A DNA stretch of 64,000 bases from Corallochytrium limacisporum Hawaii (lineage: Eukaryota; Protista; Pluriformea), in NCBI GenBank assembly GCA_002811645.1, contig PDIP01000007.1, positions 116,471 through 180,470 on the forward strand. The letters run 5' to 3'. Below the pieces are notes generated by a model. The model saw only the letters and a program-made list of their open reading frames with translations. It was not told the origin of the DNA and made no database searches. This document shows positions 33,858-42,642 of this stretch, piece by piece. The translations under genes and the position numbers were made by a program. Each line of letters opens with the position of its first letter. Positions within the stretch are counted from its first letter, which is position 1.

Positions 33858-34112
33858 ATGGCAGCGGAAAAGGACCCTGCTGTGGATTTAATGCGCACTC
33901 GTTGGGAGCAGACCCTTTCCAAGCTTCATTCCGCAGACATCCCCGACAGTGACCGGCCAGAGGAGTACAAGGCCACAACGAAGCCGACCTGGCAGGCAGA
34001 CAGTGATTCACCAACGCAGAAAGGTAAGGCCTCATCAGCAGGCAACACTGATGGGTTCACGGCACAGTCATTAGCGAAACATTTGGCATCGCAGGCAGCC
34101 AGCAAACCATAA
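33858..34112 (+). CDS. Small hypothetical protein (84 aa)
   Basis: ATG-initiated ORF with coding-like composition, divergent from IER3IP1 across a GC-tract promoter region. No family recognised. Confidence 0.5.
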   Translation: MAAEKDPAVDLMRTRWEQTLSKLHSADIPDSDRPEEYKATTKPTWQADSDSPTQKGKASSAGNTDGFTAQSLAKHLASQAASKP

Positions 34113-34609
34113 TACTGGTTCTGATAAGATGTTGACGGAATCAAAGCCTCTAGAATAGATCACATAGGCCAACATAGTTTACATGGCAGAGTTTGTTTTC
34201 GATGAATTGGTTTCTAATGATTGCTAAGCGCACGTACATGACGGTATAGCACTATCCGGAGCCAAATTGCATTTGCCCAAGGCCCTCGGATGCGTATAAT
34301 TGATATACCTAGCCTTGGACTATTTGAAACTTGACCTTACACCCAGCACCACTGCAGGGGCGCGAAAATTTGCGGTCCTCAATGGTTTTTAGACTCCCGC
34401 CTCCGATGGAGTCTCAAAGGAGTCGAAGGCGGGTAACGGTCTCGTTCATGGGTGTTCGCGGCCAGCAATGTACATTCCGACAAAGGTAATTCAAACTGGT
34501 ATGACAATGGACTGGTTTAACAAGGTTTACAGCACCCACGGTTCTGAAACGGCAAGAAGATGACCACATGCAACAACAATGTAGGCGGAAGTAATTGGAA
34601 TGGAAATCG

Positions 34610-35917
34610 ATGCCGAGCTCAGTGGCCCATCGCAAGCCGCACAAGACCCCCAATCAGAAGCAGCAGCTTCTGGGGCTCTTTGCAAAGGATCCATGGCCAA
34701 CCACAGTGCAGATGGCAGAATTGGCGAAGAGTACATACCTTACAGAAGAGCAAGTCCACGACTGGTTTCGCAATAGACGACGAATTCTCCGTCGAAAAGG
34801 TGAACTGAAATCTAAACAAGAGTTTTCTCTCAGAGATCGGCGAACACCTGTGGACCAGCCCGAACATCTGAAAGAAACAGAGGCTGCCGAGGAACAAAAT
34901 GTCCCACACTTGCAGACCAATGCTGAATTTACCAAGGCCTTGCTGAGGCTGGTCAAGAAGATGCGGGGCGGTTCGACCGACAAGGCAGTCGCAGAAGCCC
35001 TAGTCAAGGCCATGCCGGGTACTGTATTAAAACACCTCGATCGAGCAGCTGTGGCAGAGATTGCTGTGCGACAGCAACGAAGGGCACAAACAGAAAGGAC
35101 GAAGAGCATTCCTGTCGGGAGAAGAAGGGCCGATAGACTGGCCAGTCTTCTATTCGAGGAAACCGACCGGTCGTCGATGGACCCAACCTGTGTGACGGCG
35201 ACGGAGGCTTTGTTGGCTCAACTGGATAGACAGCCTTTGTACTTACGGTTGCTTAGTGAAGGATTGCGGGCCAAGGGGCAATCTCTCCTCGATTACGTTC
35301 GCCACGGAGAACACAGTGATGAAGATGAAGATGAAGATGAAGACGACGACGACGACGAAGATTCACATTACGATGATGAGTCTGAACAAAGTGTTGCAGA
35401 AGAAGACGAGGAAGAGATGGACGATGAGAATGAGAATAATGAAGAGGACGAAGACAATGATCTTGCAGAGAATCGGCCGTCAATAGAACAAATTGCAGAG
35501 ATTGATGATGAAGATGAGGAGGAAGATGAGGACTTTATGCCCGACATCCGTGATCTCAGCGACTCCGAAGACAACGACGATGGCAGTGGGTTGGAAAGCG
35601 ATGAAGAATGGGGCGATGAAGTTGAGGACGATCTGGTTACAGCCACCGCCCGGGCACTGGTGCCTTTGGCAGAGGAAAGCTTAATACGTGCTGGCGGAAG
35701 AAGCAACCGCAGTGCCGTTGTGACGGGTGCCACACTCACAGCCATGCTGGCTTCCTTCTACAAGCAACAGTCCAAGCAGCAATCCGAACAAGAGCAGCGG
35801 GATCAAGACTTAAATGATGCCGAAGAACAGGATAATAGTGGTACTTCTAAGATCCCTGAGACTGATGGTAACCAGTCACTGTCGTCGGCTCCCAAGAAAC
35901 GGCGACGAAAGCGTTAG
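34610..35917 (+). CDS. Homeodomain protein with long acidic tract and C-terminal NLS
   Basis: TPNQKQQLLGLFAKDPWPT..MAELAKSTYLTEEQVHDWFRNRRR homeodomain; D/E tract; terminal PKKRRRKR. First ATG at 34610. Confidence 0.85.
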   Translation: MPSSVAHRKPHKTPNQKQQLLGLFAKDPWPTTVQMAELAKSTYLTEEQVHDWFRNRRRILRRKGELKSKQEFSLRDRRTPVDQPEHLKETEAAEEQNVPHLQTNAEFTKALLRLVKKMRGGSTDKAVAEALVKAMPGTVLKHLDRAAVAEIAVRQQRRAQTERTKSIPVGRRRADRLASLLFEETDRSSMDPTCVTATEALLAQLDRQPLYLRLLSEGLRAKGQSLLDYVRHGEHSDEDEDEDEDDDDDEDSHYDDESEQSVAEEDEEEMDDENENNEEDEDNDLAENRPSIEQIAEIDDEDEEEDEDFMPDIRDLSDSEDNDDGSGLESDEEWGDEVEDDLVTATARALVPLAEESLIRAGGRSNRSAVVTGATLTAMLASFYKQQSKQQSEQEQRDQDLNDAEEQDNSGTSKIPETDGNQSLSSAPKKRRRKR

Positions 35918-36338
35918 GTTTCCTCCCTCAAGAGGGAAGCGACTTCTCCATCTGCAGCCACCTCCCTCTCCCGTTCAAATGCCCCACATCCGAACCCTCC
36001 CCATCCCTCTCAGACCCCTCCAGCCTTTTGCGACCTTGCTGACGACAATAAAGGAATTTCCTTGTCCCATTACGAAAAGGGACGCACGTATGGAAACTGC
36101 AAGAAGGCCACCTGGCCTGTCGCAGTGCCTCAACGGGTCAACGTCTGCTTAAGAATCCTCAAACTCTGTTGCATAGATCCTCAAAGATATGTAAATAAAG
36201 TAACTAAAGTATGTATGATGTGATCGCAAGGCACAAAACCCTTCGGCGTTTGCCAACAGCAGTGCGACAGCGGATGAGAATTATAAGGACATGGTTTGAG
36301 AAACTAGTAGGTGATTTAAAGAAATAACAATAGTAATT

Positions 36339-36914
36339 ATGGCTCTTCGGAGTTCTCGGGCTTTCATGGCCAATGTTAGGTCTTTGTCGCGCACACGCCC
36401 GAAAGGGACGATCCATGCGCACAGCTTGCAGCGAATCACGACGCTGTCTAGGCCTGCACGAAGAGCCAGTATGGCCTCACCAATATACATGCCTCCCGCA
36501 CTGAGAAATTTCCGGATGTACGTGACTCTGGATGGTCCAGAATTTCTTGCAGATGAGGGTAGATACAATAAGTATGCAGACGAATGCCTAGAGGCCCTGT
36601 GTGCGGATTTCGAGGATCTCGAAAACATTGTCTCCTCCCACGAATTTGACGTTCAGTACAGCAGCGGAGTCTTGACTATGATTCTCGGAGATGACAAAGG
36701 TACTTATGTCATCAATAAACAGACACCGAACCGTCAGATCTGGTTGTCATCGCCGAAGTCGGGACCCAAGCGGTATGACTACGATTCCAAAGCAAAGAAG
36801 TGGATCTATTCCCACGATGGAATCGCACTTCACGACCTGCTGGAGGAGGAGCTCAGCGCGGCTCTGGGTGAGCAGCTCACATTCGAGGTCGGGCTGCCTC
36901 TGAATGATAATTGA
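36339..36914 (+). CDS. FXN: Frataxin, mitochondrial
   Basis: Arg-rich presequence; SSGVLT, GTYVINKQTPNRQIWLSSPKSGPKRYDY. Confidence 0.96.
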   Translation: MALRSSRAFMANVRSLSRTRPKGTIHAHSLQRITTLSRPARRASMASPIYMPPALRNFRMYVTLDGPEFLADEGRYNKYADECLEALCADFEDLENIVSSHEFDVQYSSGVLTMILGDDKGTYVINKQTPNRQIWLSSPKSGPKRYDYDSKAKKWIYSHDGIALHDLLEEELSAALGEQLTFEVGLPLNDN

Positions 36915-37153
36915 AAGGGAGATCATCGTCTGGACTATTCAAATGAGTGTCACTAGATTCTGGAAAAGATATGTGAAGTATCTAAAACTATATCCTGATT
37001 GTTGGCATTTTGTCTTCTGTGGGTTCCGAGTTGCACGCAACTATGCATTTTCTGTTGATGGGAACGCAAGCCGATGGGGGACACTGTCCCAATTCTAAAA
37101 TGCTAATATGCATGGTTTTTTGATTCTATAGTGCGAAGTTGTAGTAAAGGAGA

Positions 37154-37531
37154 TTAGTCCCGTCCCTCATAGAACTTCTGCAGGAAAGGCTTCTGTGAGG
37201 CAGTCTCAAACTGCTCCTCGGGCCAGTACCGCATAATGTGGGTCTTTTGCTTCCAGACATGTAGTGTCTCGTCCAGTTCCATCTTTCCCTTGACCACAAG
37301 CAGGTCGATAACCCGCTGGTCCGTCACATGGGCGTTCTTCATAAACTCTGAACGGATCTTTGCCCGCACCTCAGGTACACTCTTTTCCAATGCGTAAGTC
37401 TCTACGATATAGGGGGCCTCGCGCATCCATGCCTTATACAGTTGGCGCACACGGCGGGCACATTCGACCCTACTCGAGGACAGCTGACTTCCCAGCTTTA
37501 CCAGTCCCTGTGCAGATCCCGTCGCGGACAT
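37154..37531 (-). CDS. NDUFA6: Complex I subunit NDUFA6 (LYR family)
   Basis: [43 protein letters not shown] and FL.KFYEG. ATG at 37531. Confidence 0.93.
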   Translation of the reverse strand: MSATGSAQGLVKLGSQLSSSRVECARRVRQLYKAWMREAPYIVETYALEKSVPEVRAKIRSEFMKNAHVTDQRVIDLLVVKGKMELDETLHVWKQKTHIMRYWPEEQFETASQKPFLQKFYEGRD

Positions 37532-39543
37532 TGTGTGGTGTAACAAAACAAAACCCTCAAACAAACTCGGGGATACCTATACCTGATTTGTATGTGGTGA
37601 GGATTAGAGTTCATAACTTCAAACATTCTTTTACCACTTCAAACCAATCGATAACATTGAAATCAAGGGTACGCTGACGCATCGTCTGCTGTACACACCT
37701 GTAAACCCGTCGGGACTTTAGCCCACTATTTGAACGTCAAGCAGAGCTCAGAGCGCACACTTCCGCCCTAGCGGTGGGGACTCCGTGGATCCAATCGTGA
37801 GGGCCTATAGTATAAACAATCTCTTGCTGGTGCCCTCCACATTTTCTGTTTGCCCTAGTTGTTGAAATATATGGAATATTTCCAAAGAAAACTAGCTATG
37901 TATATATACAATTTCCAAAACAACATAATGATTCACACTCTATATGCAATTATATATCTAATTTAGCATATATTGAAATCAATTTACAATCAAGACCGGA
38001 AACCGAACTGACTCTGTGTCCGCATCCCTCGCTCTCCACTAATTTTTTTTCCCAAGGAGGAAAGGGGCCAGTCTCCGCCTATTTGCCTCTGCTCATAGTG
38101 AGACTCCCATTTCCCCTCTGCTGCAATTCGCTTGGCAAAGGGGAAAAAAGCGGAGGGGAGGGGGGGGCCCGCCGAGGGAGACGGGTCGGCGGGGCGTGAG
38201 GGTCTAAGGCACCAACAGCCCCAACGGCCCGCAAACCTGGCCCACCCTGCCCGCTCAATCACGCACAGCCCCCGGGGGGAGGGGGGGTGTTGAAGAGGGA
38301 GAGGAGCGAGAGGTGCGGGGCGACCCAGCGCCTGATCTCCTTTCGGGCGGTGTGAGAACTGAGCTGGCTTTTTTTTCTTCTTGGCCTTCCCCCCCCCCCT
38401 TCCCCTTCTTCAATACCCACCACTTACGCTCTCACCTGCGGAGAATGAAAGAGCCCCAAAAAAAAAATATTCTCTGCGGGTGTGAGTGATTGCAGCTTGT
38501 TCACGGATCGGAGGATTACATATATGGGACCTATATGTATTCTATATATTAAGTATTAAGAATATCGTATATGTACATATATCATACGTCGCAGGTCGAT
38601 GCGGAAAGCTACTGGCCTGAACTGAGTTGGAGAATTGATCATCAGCTCCTTCAGTATTGAGTGAACCGCACAGCACCCCGCTCGTACACTCGCCGGAGAG
38701 GTCTCTTGGTCCGCTGGCTGTCGCACCGGCCCGGGTCCTTCGGGCGAGTTCATGCCGGGGCTTTCCCCCAAAGCGGTTGAGTTTTTGGGGTGAGGAGAGT
38801 GTCAAACACGAGGTCTGTTCTTTCATATATTTCGTATGAAAATTGCTATTTTGGGGACGGGAGATAGGTATCGCAGGTCGGGGAGGTGGGGGGAAGGAGG
38901 GCAGAGTTTACCCCGAGAGAGCTGGGACACACTATGGGACATGGCGGCAAGGGTGGCTCCGGGGAGGGCGCGGGTGAAAGAACTAGCACCCGCCGGGAGG
39001 AGGGTGTATACTTGCCCGGCTGTCCCCAAAACTACATATTCATACTGAATGAACTGACAAGAATCGTGAACTTGTGGGAAAGTCGTTTTTGGAGACGCGG
39101 GATCTGCTGAAGTCCACGAATAGAATCGCAGGGAAGCGATGGGCGGCCAAAGCACCCGTAGCAGCACGGTTATATCTGTCACTTTCGTGCTTTGTACGGG
39201 ACACGGGATATCCTGCTTTCTTATTACTCCTTTCATCTGGGCGACCATTCAATTTACTAATCCACATAATTTTGGTCACTTTAAAGATTGTGTGAAATCG
39301 ATAATGACCAAGTAAAGGGTATTTGGTGGAAAAGGGTGGCCAACGGGGAAGATATGAAGCACATGAATAACCATTTTACTGTAGATAACGAGAAATGAGT
39401 TAAATAGAGAGTAGACATAAATCTAGGAAACAGTGAAAAAGAGGTTGCTTGTAGGGTGAATACAGGCACAACAGAGCAACAGAGGACTACCGAGGGATCT
39501 ATACGGCACAGTCAAAATTACGCCCCGACCGATTCAAGTCCCA

Positions 39544-42306
39544 ATGGTTGGCTTTGCACAGGGACTAAACGTCCGGATTCTAGGCATTCCCGAGACCGGC
39601 GCCAGGTCCCGTGTGGAGACCCAGACCAAATTGGATATTCAACTTGTGACAGATGATGGTGAAAAAGTGACAGCGTGGAGCCATTTGGTGCTTCCAAGGA
39701 ATTTGGTTACCAAGTCTGGGGGCAACAACACAGAAATCCTTCCGGAGAAGGCACTTTGTGTGGAACCGTTTGTTGTGTGCGCTAATAATCCGGAAGTTCC
39801 AGTGCAGATGTGTGACAGTTGTGTTCGTCGGGAACGTCACCAGGAAGCCCGTCGTCTGCAGCTGCAGGCCGAACGTCGTGCAAAGGGAGCCCGGAGTGGC
39901 AACACTAAAGACGAAGGGGATAGCAGCAAAGATACCACAGAAGAGGACAGCAACATGACTGGAGAGAATGGCCGAAAGCGAATCATGGTGTTCCATTGCA
40001 AGAGCGCAATTGACTTCAGCAAGGGCGAATGCAAGCTGCCCACTCGGATAACCTGTTATTGCCGTCACCACGATGAAAGCGAGGGCTTTCTGCTTTGTCT
40101 GAGTCTCAAAGACCACAAGGGTCGTGTGATTGCAACCGGCGTGAGCCCGCCGTTGATGATCACTGATGATCACAAAAGCGTACGTGCCCGCGCCCTGAAG
40201 GAAGGCAAACTGACTGGAAAGGAATTGAAACGCAGAGCAAACAAACAGACCAATGCCAACGGGGAATCGCAGACTGCGACAAGCAACGGCAGTGAGTCTA
40301 CATCACAGACATCGAACTCCCGCGAGGCTGCCCGCGCCGAGCGCAAGGCCAGTGTCGCAGCCAAATCTGCAAGAATGAAAGCCGCAAATGCCATGGCCAG
40401 TCAGGCTGCTCGCAACACCAGCAGCTCCGTTATGGCCCAGCTGCAGAAGACTGAAGCGTTCGAATTTAAGTTCAACGGTACTGGCAGCAATTCCCAATCA
40501 CAGATCATGAACGGCATGCCTTCGCTCCTCGGTGCCACCGTCAAGAACGAACACGCTACCATGGGATCCTACCACAGTCCCAACGCAACGCAGAGCATTG
40601 ACGAAATGTTTGACATGGCTGTTGACCGCTGCTCCACAGACGAGGACGATCACTACGACTCCGTCCTGAACGGAAGCAATGGACAAAAGCAAAAGGATCT
40701 GGATGACATCCTTGGCGATGCCAAGATCGGCTCTCCACTGTCCAAGCACTCCATTCATGACGCCAACCTTGGTGGTGTGCGGAAATCCGAAGATGGGATG
40801 CACCTGGACAGCGATTTCCGGGACCTGCATGACCTGATCTCTGGTGTGCATGCGCCCAGTAAACATAACGACGTCGTGCCTTCTTTGCATGACGAAGACG
40901 AGCAGAACGCTCTGAGCCTGGGATCACCGACCATGACCCACTACAACTCGCCTCTGTCCTTCGCTTCCCTGCAGCCTAACACTGGGTCTGCACCATCTGC
41001 GGATCATTCCTTTGGACACATGGCAAATCAACCGCGAATCGACAAGCTCATCCCCGCGGAAGGCCCTTGCCACGGTGGCATAGAGTGTACTATTCTCGGC
41101 TCCAACTTCCGCAACGGTTTGCAGGCCTGCTTCGGCGACATTGAGGCCACCGCAACCCATTTCTGGGGACCATCAACGATGCTCGTTGTAGTGCCTCCGT
41201 CAGTTGTACCAGGTCCTGTGCTGGTGAGCTTGCGCGATCCCACCACTGGAAAGACCACTGGCAACATGCTCGTCGAGTCCCACAAAGAGTCCATCCCAGT
41301 CACCTTCATGTACAAGGATGACAGCGATCGGAACCTGATGGAATGTGCTCTACAGATTGTTGGCCTTAAACTGACGGGCCGTCTCGACGATGCTCGTGCC
41401 ATTGCCCTGCGGATCATGTCCGAGCAGAACAAGGGCGGTAGTGGCGGCAGCAGCGGCAGCGGTGCAGGCACCGCGGGGCAGGCTACCGAGGGCATCCTGG
41501 AAACGTCTCTAGCTAAGTACGCTCCTGAACTCGAGGACCTGGCCCGTACCATCTGTAGTCAGCGTGAAGCCACTTCCGAGGAAGGCAGTGATGGTGAGAA
41601 GGCCACGGAATCCTTGCTCTATGGACCGTTGCGGTTCGCGCTCGGTCCCGAGACCGGCCGAGACAGTGGCATTAATTTGTCCGAGATGGTGACTGCTGAG
41701 AAGCACACAGTGCTCCACTTGGCCGCTTTTGAGGGCTACGCAGACATTGTAGACCTTGTCCTGGATTATATGGACTCCCGGAACGACAGCCGCCACCGGA
41801 GCGAGCAACTCATCAATCAGCCGGACATCAACGGCTATACCGCTCTGCACTTTGCTGTCATGCGGAACCACGTCGAAGTTGTCCGTCTGCTGCTCCACGC
41901 AGGTGCCCGCACCCAACTGATGACGAAGAACGGATATCTTCCACGCGACTTGGCTACGCCAGCCGTGGGAGAGATCCTCAACGATCTCATCAGTCGGTAC
42001 CACATCAGCGACGAGGACAGTGAGGAAGACGAGGATGAGGACGAAGAAGTCGGCGGTAACTCCAGCGTGGCTACCACTGCCATGGACCGCGCTATGCATC
42101 AATCGCCTCCTGTCGATAATGCTGAACCGTCCTTCAGCGACAACTATGAGCTGAAGAAGCAGCCGCGTCGCCGCAAGCGCGATCAGTTGCTGTGGAACTT
42201 CTGGCTTCCCGTGCTGGTCATTACGCTGTTTGCATTGACATACTCGCAGTTCAGCAGTGTCGTTCCCGAATGGACTCCATCCACCGCTCGAGTCATGGCA
42301 ATGTAG
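39544..42306 (+). CDS. MGA2: Spt23/Mga2-type membrane-tethered transcription factor (DNA-binding domain - IPT/TIG - ankyrin - TM)
   Basis: SRVETQ, C..C..RE, RITCYCRHH.E, ITDDHK; IPT domain (LIPAEGP..GGIE.TILG.NF); two ankyrin repeats (GYTALHFA); TM helix DQLLWNFWLPVL. Confidence 0.88.
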   Translation: MVGFAQGLNVRILGIPETGARSRVETQTKLDIQLVTDDGEKVTAWSHLVLPRNLVTKSGGNNTEILPEKALCVEPFVVCANNPEVPVQMCDSCVRRERHQEARRLQLQAERRAKGARSGNTKDEGDSSKDTTEEDSNMTGENGRKRIMVFHCKSAIDFSKGECKLPTRITCYCRHHDESEGFLLCLSLKDHKGRVIATGVSPPLMITDDHKSVRARALKEGKLTGKELKRRANKQTNANGESQTATSNGSESTSQTSNSREAARAERKASVAAKSARMKAANAMASQAARNTSSSVMAQLQKTEAFEFKFNGTGSNSQSQIMNGMPSLLGATVKNEHATMGSYHSPNATQSIDEMFDMAVDRCSTDEDDHYDSVLNGSNGQKQKDLDDILGDAKIGSPLSKHSIHDANLGGVRKSEDGMHLDSDFRDLHDLISGVHAPSKHNDVVPSLHDEDEQNALSLGSPTMTHYNSPLSFASLQPNTGSAPSADHSFGHMANQPRIDKLIPAEGPCHGGIECTILGSNFRNGLQACFGDIEATATHFWGPSTMLVVVPPSVVPGPVLVSLRDPTTGKTTGNMLVESHKESIPVTFMYKDDSDRNLMECALQIVGLKLTGRLDDARAIALRIMSEQNKGGSGGSSGSGAGTAGQATEGILETSLAKYAPELEDLARTICSQREATSEEGSDGEKATESLLYGPLRFALGPETGRDSGINLSEMVTAEKHTVLHLAAFEGYADIVDLVLDYMDSRNDSRHRSEQLINQPDINGYTALHFAVMRNHVEVVRLLLHAGARTQLMTKNGYLPRDLATPAVGEILNDLISRYHISDEDSEEDEDEDEEVGGNSSVATTAMDRAMHQSPPVDNAEPSFSDNYELKKQPRRRKRDQLLWNFWLPVLVITLFALTYSQFSSVVPEWTPSTARVMAM

Positions 42307-42642
42307 ACAAGATAAGTATCTCAACAACAACCTGTAATACATTTACCATAATACCCTTGGGCATTTAGCTCTGTAGAATTTACCTACTCGGCATCCAACC
42401 ATGTCCGTCGGTAGTTTATTGCCCGCATCCACGTGTGCACTATGCAAGTGATGAATGTGTTTTATTTTCACGCTATGTTTTCACTATCCAACTGGTGACC
42501 AGCATCGTGTGGACAGCAAAGGGGACCCGTTTGGAGTCCTCTTTTTTTCTTGTTCTGAAATTCATTTCTTTAAGAGTATTCTTTTCAAGAATGAAATGAA
42601 CTGGTCTGTGTTTCAGCAAACCAGTCACACATGTTTTGTTGT

